A stretch of 63,501 bases of DNA, the filler included. It is 5 parts of 5 records of this genome, joined end to end, with 100 filler letters (N's around TTAATTAATTAA, not from the genome) between each part and the next. Parts side by side here need not be neighbours in the genome. Positions count along the whole stretch, not along the records: positions 1 to 16,686 come from DRR378314_2123; positions 16,787 to 24,786 come from DRR378314_2129; positions 24,887 to 43,657 come from DRR378314_2132; 2 more parts are not named here. One strand, 5' to 3'. Positions 11,894 to 25,588 of the stretch are shown piece after piece. The notes below the pieces were generated by a model, which saw nothing but the letters and a program-made list of their open reading frames with translations, searched no databases and was not told the origin of the DNA. The translations under genes and the position numbers were made by a program. Within the stretch, counting starts at the first letter, position 1, and every line of letters starts with the position of its first letter.

Positions 11894-13153
11894 CTACTGA
11901 CGTCTCATAGAGTCAAAAAACTCATCATTCGTTTTGCTCATTGATAGCTTATCAATTAAGAATTCCATTGCGTCAATTTCTGACATCTCATGGACAATCT
12001 TACGCAAGATCCACATTTTCTGTAGTTCATCAGGTTTTGTTAGCAGTTCTTCGCGACGAGTACCTGAACGATTAAAGTCAATCGCAGGGAATACACGTTT
12101 TTCAGCAATCTTACGGTTTAGGTGTAATTCCATATTACCTGTACCTTTAAACTCTTCGTAGATAACTTCATCCATCTTAGAGCCTGTATCGATAAGTGCA
12201 GTTGCGATAATCGTTAAGCTTCCACCTTCTTCAACGTTACGTGCTGCACCGAAAAAGCGCTTTGGTTTATGTAATGCGTTTGCATCAACACCACCAGTAA
12301 GTACTTTACCTGATGAAGGGATAACCGTGTTATAAGCACGTGCTAGACGAGTGATTGAATCAAGTAAGATAATGACATCTTTTTTATGCTCAACTAAACG
12401 TTTTGCTTTTTCAATTACCATTTCAGCTACTTGCACGTGACGACTTGCTGGTTCATCAAATGTTGATGCAATAACTTCACCCTTTACTAGGCGTTGCATC
12501 TCAGTAACTTCTTCCGGACGTTCATCGATAAGTAAAACCATCAATGTTGCGTCAGGGTGGTTATGTGTGATCGATTGAGCAATGTTTTGCAGCAGCATGG
12601 TTTTACCCGCTTTAGGCGGTGCTACTAATAAACCACGTTGGCCACGGCCAATAGGTGATGCTAAATCAAGGACTCGTGCAGTAATGTCTTCGGTACTACC
12701 GTTACCACGTTCCATACGTAACCGTTCGTTAGCATGAAGTGGAGTTAGGTTTTCAAAAAGAATTTTAGTACGGGAGTTTTCTGGTCTATCAAAGTTTACT
12801 TCGTTTACTTTTAGTAAAGCGAAGTAACGTTCACCGTCTTTCGGCGGACGAATAAGACCCATTATTGAGTCACCAGTACGCATGCTAAAACGACGAATTT
12901 GGCTAGGTGATACATAAATGTCATCAGGGCCGGCTAGGTAAGACGCTTCTGAAGATCTTAAGAAACCAAAACCATCCTGAAGGATTTCTAATACACCACC
13001 GCCAAAAATATTTTCTCCACTTTTGGCGTGGGCCTTAAGGATAGCAAAGATAATATCTTGCTTTCTTAAGCGGGCTACGTTTTCGAGCCCCATGGACTCA
13101 GCTAAGGCTACAAGTTCTTTTATAGACTTGTCTTTTAATTCGCGTAAATGCAT
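11894..13153 (-). CDS. rho: Transcription termination factor Rho
   Basis: 419 aa; [37 protein letters not shown]. Confidence 0.99.
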   Translation of the reverse strand: MHLRELKDKSIKELVALAESMGLENVARLRKQDIIFAILKAHAKSGENIFGGGVLEILQDGFGFLRSSEASYLAGPDDIYVSPSQIRRFSMRTGDSIMGLIRPPKDGERYFALLKVNEVNFDRPENSRTKILFENLTPLHANERLRMERGNGSTEDITARVLDLASPIGRGQRGLLVAPPKAGKTMLLQNIAQSITHNHPDATLMVLLIDERPEEVTEMQRLVKGEVIASTFDEPASRHVQVAEMVIEKAKRLVEHKKDVIILLDSITRLARAYNTVIPSSGKVLTGGVDANALHKPKRFFGAARNVEEGGSLTIIATALIDTGSKMDEVIYEEFKGTGNMELHLNRKIAEKRVFPAIDFNRSGTRREELLTKPDELQKMWILRKIVHEMSEIDAMEFLIDKLSMSKTNDEFFDSMRRQ

Positions 13154-13298
13154 ATTGGTGGGTTCTTTATTACAGTTATCATACTCATATAATCGATATT
13201 GATTAGTGAGAGAGGTTTGTTGGTAAACTAAGGATTAGTTGGCTTTATAAACTAGCAGTTCACTGGCCCAGCGTCCAGTCTTTATACAAAATAAACGT

Positions 13299-13325
13299 AA
13301 AAAAAGGGCGTATTGCCCTTTTTTT
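13299..13325 (-). terminator. Intrinsic terminator between trxA and rho
   Basis: AAAAAAAGGGC-gtatt-GCCCTTTTTTT. Confidence 0.75.
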
Positions 13326-13333
13326 AATGGGTA

Positions 13334-13660
13334 TTAGATGTTGTTTTCTAAAAACTCAACAAGTTGTGTTTTAGAAAGTGCACCAACTTTAGTTGCTGCA
13401 ACTTGACCATCTTTAAAAAGAAGTAGTGTCGGAATACCACGAATACCAAACTTTGGTGGCGTACCTGCGTTTTGGTCGATGTTTAATTTACCGATAACAA
13501 CACGGCCATCAAACTCGTCAGCTACTTCATTTAGAATAGGGGCGATCATTTTACAAGGTCCGCACCATTCTGCCCAAAAATCAACTAATACAGGCTTGTC
13601 TGATTGTAATACGTCAGCTTCAAAGCCATCGTCAGTTAATTGAATAATTTTCTCGCTCAT
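13334..13660 (-). CDS. trxA: Thioredoxin 1
   Basis: WCGPC; ATG at 13660 after a GGAG RBS gives 108 aa; rhlB-trxA-rho synteny. Confidence 0.98.
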   Translation of the reverse strand: MSEKIIQLTDDGFEADVLQSDKPVLVDFWAEWCGPCKMIAPILNEVADEFDGRVVIGKLNIDQNAGTPPKFGIRGIPTLLLFKDGQVAATKVGALSKTQLVEFLENNI

Positions 13661-13750
13661 TGCGCTCTCCGATAAGTTAGGCGAATTATTTAATGCGTAT
13701 TTAAACACTCTTGTTTCTTATTGCAAGTTTAAACGTTATGCTTAAACGCT

Positions 13751-15028
13751 ATGACTAAGACACATTTGACCGATAAAAAGTTTTCAGACTTTGCTATCGC
13801 ACCGGAAGTGGTTACCGGTTTAACCGAGAATGGGTTTGAATATTGCACACCCATTCAAGCAAAATGCCTACCTTTTATATGTGATGGCCGCGATATTGCG
13901 GGTCAAGCACAAACAGGTACAGGTAAAACATTAGCTTTTTTAACAGCTACATGCCATCGGTTATTACAATCTAGCAAAGCACCTAGTAAACATCCAAGAG
14001 CCCTGATCATGGCCCCGACTCGGGAGCTTGCGATTCAGATCCATAAAGATGCTAAAATTTTAGCGCCACACTGTAATCTTAACTTAGGTTTAGTATATGG
14101 TGGCGAAGATTATGAAAAACAACGTGCGCAGTTAGAAAAAGGCGTAGATATTTTAATTGGTACCACTGGTCGCCTTATCGATTTATACAAGCAAGGCTGC
14201 TACACCTTAAATGAAATTGAAGTTGTAGTGCTTGATGAAGCCGATCGCATGTTTGATTTAGGTTTCATAAAAGATATTCGTTATATGTTCCGTCGTATGC
14301 CTGATACTTCTGAGCGCCTTAATCTATTATTTTCTGCGACGCTATCATATCGAGTGCAAGAGTTAGCATTTGAACACATGACTAATCCTGAGCATGTACA
14401 AGTTGAACCAGATGTAAAAACGGGTAAGCGAATTACTGAAGAGCTATTCCAGCCATCTCAAGAAGACAAGATTAAGTTATTACTTACTTTAGTTGAAGAA
14501 GAATGGCCAGATAAAGCGATTGTTTTTGCAAATACCAAACACAGCTGTGAAACAGTGTACGCATGGCTTAAAGAAGATGGGCATCGTGTTGGCATGTTGA
14601 CTGGTGACGTCAATCAGAAAAAGCGCCAATCAATTTTAGCTCAATTTACTAAGGGTGACCTTGATTTCCTAGTTGCAACAGATGTTGCTGCACGTGGTTT
14701 ACACATCCCTGAAGTGAGTCATGTATTTAACTTTGATTTACCGGATGATTGTGAAGACTATGTTCACCGTATCGGTCGTACTGGTCGTGCTGGTGCATCA
14801 GGCAAAGCAATTAGTTTTGCGTGTGAGCAGTACGCATATAATCTGCATGAAATCGAAGAATATATAGAACATAGCATTCCTTTATCACATTATGATAAAA
14901 GTGCATTGCTTGATGATTTAACAAAGCCTACTATTCAAAGAAAGCGCAACTATTCGACAGGCCCTCGTAATCGTAGTAATAACGGCGGACGTAGACCAAA
15001 CAATAGTTACCAAAAAGCACGGTCGTAA
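13751..15028 (+). CDS. rhlB: ATP-dependent RNA helicase RhlB
   Basis: MTKTHLT N-terminus, [16 protein letters not shown]; synteny. Confidence 0.96.
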   Translation: MTKTHLTDKKFSDFAIAPEVVTGLTENGFEYCTPIQAKCLPFICDGRDIAGQAQTGTGKTLAFLTATCHRLLQSSKAPSKHPRALIMAPTRELAIQIHKDAKILAPHCNLNLGLVYGGEDYEKQRAQLEKGVDILIGTTGRLIDLYKQGCYTLNEIEVVVLDEADRMFDLGFIKDIRYMFRRMPDTSERLNLLFSATLSYRVQELAFEHMTNPEHVQVEPDVKTGKRITEELFQPSQEDKIKLLLTLVEEEWPDKAIVFANTKHSCETVYAWLKEDGHRVGMLTGDVNQKKRQSILAQFTKGDLDFLVATDVAARGLHIPEVSHVFNFDLPDDCEDYVHRIGRTGRAGASGKAISFACEQYAYNLHEIEEYIEHSIPLSHYDKSALLDDLTKPTIQRKRNYSTGPRNRSNNGGRRPNNSYQKARS

Positions 15029-15075
15029 TTTACGACCGAAGTAGAGTCGTAGTAGTAACTAGAGGTTTTTGAACG

Positions 15076-16569
15076 GTGGGGCAACTTAAACCGCAAAAAA
15101 ATGTTTATGCAGTAATTGATTTAGGGTCAAACAGTTTTCATATGCTGATTGCTAAATCAATTGCTGGTGGCCTGCAAACCATAGGCCGAGTTAAACGAAA
15201 AGTCAGATTAGCGGCAGGGCTTGACGAGAATAATCTGTTAAGCACTGAAGCTATGCAACGAGGTTGGGAGTGTTTGGCTCTTTTTGCCGAGCGTCTTCAA
15301 GATATTCCCAAAGCTAACATAACTATTGTTGCAACTGCTACCTTGAGGCTAGCAACCAACGCTGATGAGTTCAAAGAAAAAGCAGAGCAAATTCTTGCTC
15401 ACAAAATTAATGTAATCAGTGGTGAGCTCGAAGCCCGCACAATTTATAAAGGTGTCGCGCATACTTCTGCTTGCTCTGGGCGCCAGTTAGTGATTGATAT
15501 TGGCGGTGCAAGTACAGAAGTGGTTATTGGCAAAGGTTTTGATGCACTGCATTATAAAAGCCTTAACATGGGGTGTGTCACATACCTTGAACGTTATTTT
15601 AAAGATTGCAAACTAAGCGATGCAAATTTCAACAACGCTATTACAGCTGCAAAAGAAGTTATTGCTGAAATAGCTTCAAGCTATAAAGCAGCAGGCTGGG
15701 AAATAGCCTCTGGTGCATCGGGTACAGTTCAAGCAATTCAAGAAATCATGGTTGCTCAATCTCTGGATGAAACATTAAGCCTCGACAAATTGCTTGAAAT
15801 TAAAAAGCAGTCAACGGCCTTTAACACAATTGCTGAGCTTGATTTACCAGGTTTAAGTGAAGAGAGAAGGTTAGTATTTGTTTCAGGCCTTGCTATTTTA
15901 ATTGCATTATTTGAGTCCCTTGAAATTGAAAAAATGGGACTAGCAGGTGGAGCGCTCCGCGAAGGCGTTTTATATAGCATGATTCCTGAGTTTCATAATC
16001 ATGATATTCGCAAGCGCACTGTAGATGCTTTTATGAGTCGCTATCATGTAGATCAAAAGCAATCAAATCGAGTAGCTGAATTAAGCAATTATTTAGCGCA
16101 GCAAGTTAGTGAACAATGGCCAGTGTTCGAGCAAGGTGGATGCGCGCTATTAAAAGCTATTGCGCAGCTACATGAAATAGGTTTATTGATCGAATATAAG
16201 CAATACCAAAAACACACTGCTTATATTTTAGAAAATACCGATATGCCGGGGTTCTCTCAATCAGAACGTAAAATTATAGTTGCAGCTACCAATGCGCATC
16301 GTTCTGACTTGCAAAAAGATGCATTTAAATATTTAGGATGTCATCAGCAATTAGCACAACACATAACACGGCTTATTAGGATTGCTGTAATTCTCTCAAT
16401 GCGTCGGCAAGACGATGTCTTACCTAAATTGAGTTTAACTGCTGATAATGAGGTATTAACCCTTTCTTTTGAAGAAGACTGGTTAAAAGCGCATCCGCTA
16501 ATGGCAAGTGAGCTCCAGCTTGAGTCTAAACAACAAGCAAAAGCTGGATGGAAATTTTTAGTTAAATGA
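15076..16569 (+). CDS. gppA: Guanosine pentaphosphate phosphohydrolase GppA (Ppx/GppA family)
   Basis: IDLGSNSFHM, DIGGASTE, GALREG; directly downstream of rhlB. Confidence 0.9.
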   Translation: MGQLKPQKNVYAVIDLGSNSFHMLIAKSIAGGLQTIGRVKRKVRLAAGLDENNLLSTEAMQRGWECLALFAERLQDIPKANITIVATATLRLATNADEFKEKAEQILAHKINVISGELEARTIYKGVAHTSACSGRQLVIDIGGASTEVVIGKGFDALHYKSLNMGCVTYLERYFKDCKLSDANFNNAITAAKEVIAEIASSYKAAGWEIASGASGTVQAIQEIMVAQSLDETLSLDKLLEIKKQSTAFNTIAELDLPGLSEERRLVFVSGLAILIALFESLEIEKMGLAGGALREGVLYSMIPEFHNHDIRKRTVDAFMSRYHVDQKQSNRVAELSNYLAQQVSEQWPVFEQGGCALLKAIAQLHEIGLLIEYKQYQKHTAYILENTDMPGFSQSERKIIVAATNAHRSDLQKDAFKYLGCHQQLAQHITRLIRIAVILSMRRQDDVLPKLSLTADNEVLTLSFEEDWLKAHPLMASELQLESKQQAKAGWKFLVK

Positions 16570-16594
16570 AAAAGGCTCGTTAGAGCCTTTTTTT
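16569..16594 (+). terminator. Intrinsic terminator after gppA
   Basis: AAAAAGGCTC-gtta-GAGCCTTTTTTT. Confidence 0.8.
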
Positions 16595-16639
16595 GTAGCA
16601 AAATACCGCACTTTGTTTTAAAAACGTTCAAACAATCCT

Positions 16640-16686
16640 TTTTTTCAAAAAGATCGCAAAAAAGGGTTGATCTGTTTTTGGATCTC
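16640..16686 (+). promoter_or_regulatory. Probable stable-RNA (rrn P1-like) promoter, truncated before the -10 box
   Basis: A/T tracts (UP-like), -35 TTGATC at 16667-16672, then 14 nt ending in CTC as in the rrn P1 spacer ...CTCCC-TATAAT; contig ends here. Confidence 0.45.
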
Positions 16687-16786
16687 NNNNNNNNNNNNNN
16701 NNNNNNNNNNNNNNNNNNNNNNNNNNNNNNTTAATTAATTAANNNNNNNNNNNNNNNNNNNNNNNNNNNNNNNNNNNNNNNNNNNN
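16687..16786. other. Artificial contig linker
   Basis: N44-TTAATTAATTAA-N44, stops in all six frames. Confidence 0.98.
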
Positions 16787-16816
16787 TAGCGTGTCTACCA
16801 ATTCCACCACTTCGGC
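16787..16816 (-). tRNA. tRNA-Leu, 5' fragment only (anticodon not in contig)
   Basis: Minus strand GCCGAAGTGGTGGAATTGGTAGACACGCTA matches the 5' part of tRNA-Leu; usual position after secG. Confidence 0.85.
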
Positions 16817-16827
16817 GAAGAACTGAT

Positions 16828-17310
16828 TTACTGCTTCCCGGAATCGGACGTCGTCTCATCCGGGGCCGGGGATTCTAACCCAGCCGACGGCACATCTGAA
16901 GTCTCTTTTTCAGATTTCCCGGAATCCATCCCGGGCGCCTCGGCGGGAACGTCCGCGCCCTGGGCCGGGCCGGTGGACGGTACGTCGCCGGAGACCGGCT
17001 CGTCGGCGTCGTCCAGCGCCGGCACGTCCTGATCGTCCACGGATTCCAGGGCCGGCAGGAAGCTGCCCGCGCCTTCCGCTTCCTGGCGCGCCATCCAGGC
17101 CAGGCCCAGGCTGGTGACGAAAAACACCACCGCCAGAACCGCCGTGAAACGGGTCAGAAAATTGGCGGACCCGGCGCTGCCGAATACGGTCTGCGAACCG
17201 CCGCCACCGAAAGAGGCGCCGGCGTCGGCCCCCTTGCCATGCTGGATCAGGATCAGGCCGATAAGACCGAGGGCCGCCAGCACGTGCACCACATGAAGCA
17301 CAATATCCAT
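16828..17310 (-). CDS. secG: Preprotein translocase subunit SecG with long acidic tail
   Basis: [27 protein letters not shown]. Confidence 0.95.
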   Translation of the reverse strand: MDIVLHVVHVLAALGLIGLILIQHGKGADAGASFGGGGSQTVFGSAGSANFLTRFTAVLAVVFFVTSLGLAWMARQEAEGAGSFLPALESVDDQDVPALDDADEPVSGDVPSTGPAQGADVPAEAPGMDSGKSEKETSDVPSAGLESPAPDETTSDSGKQ

Positions 17311-17318
17311 AAGTTAAA

Positions 17319-18068
17319 TCAACCTGCCGCCCGACAAATGGCGATAAATTCTTTTTCGTTCAGTGAGGCCCCGCCGATCAGTCCACCATCGATGTCCGGC
17401 TGGGCAAACAGAGGGGCGGCATTATCCGCCTTTACGCTGCCGCCGTAAAGGAGGCGTAGGCCGGCGGCCACATCCGGGTCGCGGGCGGCCAGGGCGGCAC
17501 GCAGGTCGGCGTGCACCGCCTGGGCCTGTTCCGGCGAAGCGGTGAGGCCGGTTCCGATCGCCCAGACCGGCTCATAGGCCAGCACCGCGCGGTCGAAAGC
17601 GGCGCTGCCGGCGGCTTCCACCACCGCCATCAGCTGCCGGACCACCACATGCTCGGTGTCGCCGGCTTCGCGCTGGCGCAGGGTTTCGCCGACACACAGA
17701 ATCGGTATCAGCCCGGCCTTTTGCGCGCGCAGAAACTTGCTGGCCACCAGGTCGTCGTCCTCGCCGAAGTGCTCGCGGCGCTCCGAGTGGCCGACGATCA
17801 CGTAGCGGCAGCCCATATCCACCAGCATTTCCGCCGATACTTCCCCGGTGAAGGCGCCGTCCTCGTGGTCACACAGGGTCTGCGCGCCCAGCCCTACGCC
17901 GCTGTCCTTCAGTTCGGCGCCGAGCGCCTGCAGGTACGGGAACGGCGGGCACACCGCCACTTCCGCGCGGCCCAGATCCGCCGCCGCCAGCGCGGCGCCC
18001 AGTTCGGCGACCAGGCCGTACCGGCCGTTCATCTTCCAGTTCGCCGCCACTAACGGTGTTCTTGTCAT
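17319..18068 (-). CDS. tpiA: Triosephosphate isomerase
   Basis: ANWKMNG, GHSERR, AYEPVWAIGTG, YGGSV. Confidence 0.99.
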   Translation of the reverse strand: MTRTPLVAANWKMNGRYGLVAELGAALAAADLGRAEVAVCPPFPYLQALGAELKDSGVGLGAQTLCDHEDGAFTGEVSAEMLVDMGCRYVIVGHSERREHFGEDDDLVASKFLRAQKAGLIPILCVGETLRQREAGDTEHVVVRQLMAVVEAAGSAAFDRAVLAYEPVWAIGTGLTASPEQAQAVHADLRAALAARDPDVAAGLRLLYGGSVKADNAAPLFAQPDIDGGLIGGASLNEKEFIAICRAAG

Positions 18069-18084
18069 TCGAGCGTTGCTCCTG

Positions 18085-19419
18085 TCATGCGATCGCCGTT
18101 TCCACGGCCTCCGCCAGATGGCGGCAGAGCCGCTCCACCTGGTCGGCGTCTTTGCCTTCCACCATCACCCGCACCAGCGGCTCCGTGCCGGAGGGGCGCA
18201 ACAATAAACGGCCGTTACGGCCCAGTTCCTGCTCCACCTTATCGATGGCGGCGCGCACGCCGGCCTCTTCCATGAACCCGTCCCGCCGGCTGCCGCGCAC
18301 GTTGATCAGCGTCTGCGGCAACAGCGGCGCGGCGAGGGCCGCCTCGCGCAGGGACAGGCCCTCGCGGCGCAGCGCGTCCAGCACCTGCAGCGCCGCCACG
18401 GTGCCGTCGCCGGTGGAGGTGCGGTCGAGGCAGACCAGATGCCCGGACGACTCGCCGCCCAGCAGCCAGCCACGCTGATCGAGCTGCTCCATCACGTAAC
18501 GGTCGCCGACCTTGGCGCGGGCGAAGGGAATATCCAGATCCTGAAGCGCCAGCTCCAGGCCCAGGTTGGACATCAGGGTGCCGACCACGCCGCCATTGAG
18601 CCGGCCCCGGCGCTGGCGGTCGCGGGCGATCAGATAGAGCAGCTGGTCGCCGTCCACCAGCGTGCCCTGATCGTCCACCATGATCAGGCGGTCGGCGTCG
18701 CCGTCCAGGGCCAGCCCGAGATCGGCGCCCTCGGCGACCACCCGGCGGCACAGCGCCTCGGGTTTGGTGGAACCGCACTCCAGATTGATGTTGAAGCCGT
18801 CCGGCTGGTTGGCGATCGCCACCACCTCGGCGCCCAGCTCCTCCAGGACGTCCGGGGTAATGTGATAGGCCGCGCCGTTGGCGGTGTCCACCACGATTTT
18901 CAGGCCGTGCAGATTGAGCCCCGGCGTGGTGCTTTTGCAGAATTCGATGTAGCGGCCGCGGGCGTCGTCGATGCGGCGCACCTTGCCGAGACGGTCGGTG
19001 GCGACCACCGAGATCGGCTCATCCAGCATGCGTTCGATTTCCGCTTCGATCTTATCGCTGAGCTTGCGGCCGTTGTCGCCGAAAAACTTGATGCCGTTGT
19101 CGGTGTAGGCGTTGTGCGACGCGGAAATCACGATGCCCGCCTGGGCGTGCAGGGTGCGGGTCAAATAGGCGATCGCCGGTGTGGGCATGGGCCCGAGCAG
19201 CCTGACGTCCACGCCGGCGGCGGAAATGCCCGCTTCCAGGGCCGACTCGAACATGTACCCGGAAATGCGGGTGTCCTTGCCGATCAGGATCTTGCTGCCA
19301 CCGTGGGCGGCCAGCACCCGGCCGGCGGCCCAGCCCAGCTTGAGCACGAAATCCGGCGTGATCGGCGGTTCCCCGACGGTGCCGCGAATGCCATCGGTGC
19401 CGAAATATTTGCGACTCAT
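18085..19419 (-). CDS. glmM: Phosphoglucosamine mutase
   Basis: Start [13 protein letters not shown] at 19419; ISASHN, DGDADR, GGESSGH. Confidence 0.98.
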   Translation of the reverse strand: MSRKYFGTDGIRGTVGEPPITPDFVLKLGWAAGRVLAAHGGSKILIGKDTRISGYMFESALEAGISAAGVDVRLLGPMPTPAIAYLTRTLHAQAGIVISASHNAYTDNGIKFFGDNGRKLSDKIEAEIERMLDEPISVVATDRLGKVRRIDDARGRYIEFCKSTTPGLNLHGLKIVVDTANGAAYHITPDVLEELGAEVVAIANQPDGFNINLECGSTKPEALCRRVVAEGADLGLALDGDADRLIMVDDQGTLVDGDQLLYLIARDRQRRGRLNGGVVGTLMSNLGLELALQDLDIPFARAKVGDRYVMEQLDQRGWLLGGESSGHLVCLDRTSTGDGTVAALQVLDALRREGLSLREAALAAPLLPQTLINVRGSRRDGFMEEAGVRAAIDKVEQELGRNGRLLLRPSGTEPLVRVMVEGKDADQVERLCRHLAEAVETAIA

Positions 19420-19451
19420 CCTTAGCCTCCCTGAAGCAGCACCGTCATCGT

Positions 19452-20291
19452 TTACAGGCTGCGGTGCACGGCGTGGGCGAAACGCACACCGTCCACGGTT
19501 TCTTTTACGTCGTGGGCGCGCACGATACGCGCGCCCCGCTCCACACACATCACCGCCGCCGCCAGGCTGCCCGCCAGGCGCTGTTCCACCGGGCGGTCCA
19601 GAACCTTGCCGAACAGGGACTTGCGCGACAGGCCCACCAGCAGGGGCAGTTCCAGCCGCGCCAGCTGCGACAGCTCCGCCAGCAAACGCAGATTATGCTG
19701 CACCGTCTTGGCAAAACCAAAACCCGGATCCACCAGCAGCTTGTCGCGGGGGATACCGGCGTCCACGCAGGCGGCGACGCGCTGCTCCAGGAACGCGATC
19801 ACCTCAGCGGTGACGTCTTCGTAGAAGGGGTCGTTCTGCATGGTGCCGGGCTCGCCTTGCATGTGCATCACGCACACCGGCAAACCGGTCCCGGCGGCGG
19901 CCTCGAGGGCGCCCGGACGGCGCAATGAGCGCACGTCGTTGATCATGCCGGCACCGGCGTCGGCGCAGGCGCGAATCACCGCCGGCGTGCTGGTGTCCAC
20001 GGAAACCAGGGCGTCCAGCTCCCGGTGCAGGGCCTCCACCACCGGGATCACCCGGTCCAGCTCCTGCTGCTCGGAGACCGGCGCGGCGCCCGGCCGGGTG
20101 GACTCGCCGCCCACGTCGATGATCGCGGCGCCGTCGGCGAGCATCTGCTCGGCCTGGCGCAGCGCGGCATCCAGGGAGGTGTAGCGGCCACCGTCGGAAA
20201 ACGAATCGGGGGTCACATTCAGGACCCCCATAACGACGGGCGCGGACAAATCCAGTGTCCGCGCCCCACAGCTCAGCGTGTTGGTGTTCAT
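19452..20291 (-). CDS. folP: Dihydropteroate synthase
   Basis: [39 protein letters not shown]. Confidence 0.98.
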   Translation of the reverse strand: MNTNTLSCGARTLDLSAPVVMGVLNVTPDSFSDGGRYTSLDAALRQAEQMLADGAAIIDVGGESTRPGAAPVSEQQELDRVIPVVEALHRELDALVSVDTSTPAVIRACADAGAGMINDVRSLRRPGALEAAAGTGLPVCVMHMQGEPGTMQNDPFYEDVTAEVIAFLEQRVAACVDAGIPRDKLLVDPGFGFAKTVQHNLRLLAELSQLARLELPLLVGLSRKSLFGKVLDRPVEQRLAGSLAAAVMCVERGARIVRAHDVKETVDGVRFAHAVHRSL

Positions 20292-20301
20292 CGAACCATC
20301 A

Positions 20302-22230
<1,929 letters not shown>

Positions 22231-22287
22231 GGGAGACCTCGCCTTACTGGGCGCATTCGCGCGTACTGACAGACTTTCAACTCTACA

Positions 22288-22905
22288 CTACTTCAGGTGC
22301 GACCCCAATTGGTACACCTCGGTAGAGCGCGGTCGGCTGGCCGCCGGTTTGCGACTGACCACCCGCTGGAAATGGCCTTGCAGGGCCTTGCGGTACTGAT
22401 CGAACCCTTCGCCGTGGAACACCTTGACCAGAAAGGCGCCCCGGGGTTCCAGAACATTCAGCGCCATGTCCAGGGCCAGCTCGGCCAGGTACATGGAGCG
22501 CGGCAGATCCACCGCCTTGTTACCACTCATATTGGGGGCCATGTCGGACAATACAAGGTCGACTTTCCGCCCATTGAGATGGGCCACGATTTGCTCATAG
22601 ACCGCCTGCTCCCGGAAATCGCCCTGTACGAAGGTGACGTCGGGGATCGCATCCATGGCGAGAATATCGCTGGCCACGACAGTGCCCCGTGAACCGACCA
22701 GGCGGCCGGCCACCTGGGACCAGCCGCCCGGCGCCGCGCCCAGGTCGAGCACCGTCATGCCGGGGCGGAACAGCTTGTCCTTTTCGTGGATTTCCAGCAG
22801 TTTGAAGCTGGCCCGGGAGCGATAGCCCTCGGCCCGGGCGCGGGTCACCCAGTGGTCGTCGAAGTGCTCTTTGAGCCAACGCTGGCTGCTTTTCGATTTC
22901 GCCAT
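22288..22905 (-). CDS. rlmE: 23S rRNA Um2552 methyltransferase RlmE
   Basis: [26 protein letters not shown]; start at MAKSKSS. Confidence 0.97.
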   Translation of the reverse strand: MAKSKSSQRWLKEHFDDHWVTRARAEGYRSRASFKLLEIHEKDKLFRPGMTVLDLGAAPGGWSQVAGRLVGSRGTVVASDILAMDAIPDVTFVQGDFREQAVYEQIVAHLNGRKVDLVLSDMAPNMSGNKAVDLPRSMYLAELALDMALNVLEPRGAFLVKVFHGEGFDQYRKALQGHFQRVVSRKPAASRPRSTEVYQLGSHLK

Positions 22906-23017
22906 AATAGCCTTGGGTAGTCGCACCTGGATTGCCGGCGCCGGAGACGGCGCAAGGCGGTGATTGCGGGGGACCGCCCCGGTTCCCTAGAATAGCGCTC
23001 CGTTTTTGGAGAACACC

Positions 23018-23329
23018 ATGCCTTTGAGCCAACAGGACAAGAAACGCCTGCGCCGTATCGGCCACCATCTGAAGCCGGTACTGATTTCCGGTGACAAGGG
23101 CCTCACGGAAACCTTCCTGGAAGAACTGGAAGGCCGCCTTGAGGACCACGAACTGATCAAAGTGAAGATCAATGCGTCCACCCGGGAGCAGCGCGCCGGC
23201 ATGGTGGAAAGCCTGTGCGAAAGCACCGGCGCCGACCTGGTCCAGCGCATTGGTAATATCGCGCTGATCTACCGGGCCGCCGCCAAGCCGGATCCGAAAC
23301 TCTCCAACGTACTGCGCGCCGACGTCTGA
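23018..23329 (+). CDS. yhbY: YhbY CRM-domain RNA-binding protein
   Basis: GHHLKPV, HELIKVK, VQRIGN; divergent from rlmE; GGAG RBS before ATG 23018. Confidence 0.93.
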   Translation: MPLSQQDKKRLRRIGHHLKPVLISGDKGLTETFLEELEGRLEDHELIKVKINASTREQRAGMVESLCESTGADLVQRIGNIALIYRAAAKPDPKLSNVLRADV

Positions 23330-23342
23330 AGGCGCCGGTGCC

Positions 23343-23819
23343 CTACAGGTGCTCGACCTTGTCGATCTCGTATTCCTTGGTGCCGCCGGGGGTGTCGATC
23401 TGCACCGTATCTCCCTCTTCCCGGCCGATCAGGCCGCGGGCGATGGGTGAGTTGACACTCAGCTTGCCGCTTTTGATGTCCGCCTCGTCGTCGCCGACGA
23501 TCTGATAGACCTTCTCTTCATCGGAGTCCACGTCGACGATGGTCACGGTGACACCGAAGATCACCTTGCCGGTGTTCTGGATGCTGGTGATGTCGATGAT
23601 CTGCGCGTTGGACAGCTTGCTCTCGATGTCCTGGATGCGGCCTTCACAGAACCCCTGCTGCTCGCGCGCCGCGTGGTACTCGGCGTTTTCCTTGAGGTCG
23701 CCGTGCTCGCGGGCTTCGGCGATGGCGGCGGAAATGCGCGGACGGTCCACTTTTTTAAGCTGATCGAGTTCCTTGCGCAGGGCCTCGGCGCCCGCGGTGG
23801 TCATGGGAACACGTTGCAT
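23343..23819 (-). CDS. greA: Transcription elongation factor GreA
   Basis: [22 protein letters not shown]. Confidence 0.98.
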   Translation of the reverse strand: MQRVPMTTAGAEALRKELDQLKKVDRPRISAAIAEAREHGDLKENAEYHAAREQQGFCEGRIQDIESKLSNAQIIDITSIQNTGKVIFGVTVTIVDVDSDEEKVYQIVGDDEADIKSGKLSVNSPIARGLIGREEGDTVQIDTPGGTKEYEIDKVEHL

Positions 23820-23882
23820 AGTATTAACCTCTTAATGTCTTCCTTGGGCCCGCCCCGGGGACGGCCCCGAGGCGACTTACGG

Positions 23883-24786
23883 TTAATGCATTTCGGCGTG
23901 CAGGTCCTGCAGCCGGCGAACTTCGGGTTCGCCGCTGATGGCCATTGCCTGACAAACCGCGTGGGCCGCCGTAATGGTGGTGGTATAGAACACCTTGTGC
24001 TGCAGGGCGGAGCGGCGAATCGCGAAGGAATCGCGGATCGCCTGCTTGCCCTCGGTGGTGTTGACGATCAGGTCCACCTCGTCGTTTTTGATCATGTCGA
24101 CGATATGCGGACGCCCTTCCAGTACTTTATTAACCGGCTTCACGTCCAGCCCGGCCTCGGAGAGCATGCGCGCGGTGCCGCGCGTGGCCACCAGCCGGAA
24201 ACCATGGCGGATCAGTGAACGGGCCACGTCCACGGCGGCGTTCTTGTCCGCGTCGCGCACCGAAATAAAGGCGGTGCCGCCGTCGGGCAGCCGTTCGCCG
24301 GCGCCCAGGGACGCCTTGCCGAAGGCTTCCGCGAAGGTGGCGCCAATGCCCATCACCTCGCCGGTGGACTTCATTTCCGGGCCGAGAATCGGGTCCACCT
24401 TGGGGAACTTGGCGAACGGGAACACCGCTTCCTTGACGAAGTAGTGGCGCGGCGTCACTTCCTCGGTGAAGCCCTGCGCCTTGAGCGAGGTGCCGGCCAT
24501 GCAGCGCGCCGCCACCTTGGCCAGGGACACGCCGATGCACTTGGACACGTAGGGGACCGTGCGCGAGGCGCGCGGGTTCACTTCCAGGACATAGACTTCC
24601 TCGCCCTTGACCGCGAACTGCACGTTCATCAGGCCCACCACGCCCAGCTCCAGGGCCATGGCGGCGGACTGCTCGCGCATTACGTCCTGCACTTCCTTGC
24701 CCAGGGAGTACGGCGGCAGGGAGCAGGCGGAGTCACCGGAGTGCACGCCGGCCTGTTCAATGTGCTGCATGATGCCGCCGATCACC
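23883..24786 (-). CDS. carB: Carbamoyl-phosphate synthase large subunit, C-terminal part (5' truncated)
   Basis: [37 protein letters not shown] domain. Confidence 0.97.
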
Positions 24787-24886
24787 NNNNNNNNNNNNNN
24801 NNNNNNNNNNNNNNNNNNNNNNNNNNNNNNTTAATTAATTAANNNNNNNNNNNNNNNNNNNNNNNNNNNNNNNNNNNNNNNNNNNN
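24787..24886. other. Artificial contig linker
   Basis: N44-TTAATTAATTAA-N44. Confidence 0.98.
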
Positions 24887-25078
24887 ACGCCGATATCCCG
24901 TATCATGCGGCGAATTCTGGTGCTGGTCGTACTCTGCCTTTTCTTGATGCGCATCTAAATGCTGTTCGGCAGGCACAAACACCAAAGCGCACGTGGCACA
25001 CTGGTAGTAATCGCGGCGACGGTCTTGGTGATAAAGGGCCGGTTTAGGCGTATTGCATAGCGGACAGCGTCGCATCAT
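24887..25078 (-). CDS. N-terminal fragment of a zinc-ribbon class I SAM methyltransferase (3' truncated)
   Basis: CPLC...CATC.LVF...EKAEYDQHQNSP..GY is typical of this family's N-terminus; MTase domain not in contig. Confidence 0.65.
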
Positions 25079-25117
25079 CGTATTCTCATGTTTTACGTTT
25101 GTTTTAAGGAAAGTGGC

Positions 25118-25501
25118 ATGCTCTCAGGTTTTGACCATCTTGTTGTTACGGTGACTGATATGGGTCGCGCCGTGGATTTTTACTCCCGTGTGCTGGGGTT
25201 AGACGTGCGCTACCGAGACGCGCAGCGGGTGGATCTTATGCTAGGCGACACGGCACTGCGCCTGCATCAAACCGACACTGATATTGCGCCTGTTTCTGCC
25301 ACCCCTACCCCAGGCAGCCTGGATTTATGCCTGCGCTGCCAATTGCCCCTGGATGAGTTCAAACAGCACTTGGATGCGCTTGCTATTGACGTAGAGCTTG
25401 GCCCGGTTGCTCGCCAAGGCGCTAATGGTCCCATTGAGTCGATTTACTTACGCGACCCAGACGGTAATTTGCTGGAAATTTGCCGACCTGCTACCCGCTA
25501 A
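25118..25501 (+). CDS. VOC/glyoxalase-family protein
   Basis: DHLVVTV.D...FY, PGSLDLC, SIYLRDPDGNLLE; AAGGA RBS. Confidence 0.88.
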   Translation: MLSGFDHLVVTVTDMGRAVDFYSRVLGLDVRYRDAQRVDLMLGDTALRLHQTDTDIAPVSATPTPGSLDLCLRCQLPLDEFKQHLDALAIDVELGPVARQGANGPIESIYLRDPDGNLLEICRPATR

Positions 25502-25588
25502 TGATAAGCCGCGCCAGCCGCGCTATCATAGTGAGCTTTAACGGCGTCCTCGGGGACGCCTCATGGCGAATAGCAAAAAGGATCGGTT

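Noticed and set aside
16731-16742. TTAATTAATTAA palindrome occurring four times
   Set aside because: Always centred in N runs of identical length; an artificial linker.
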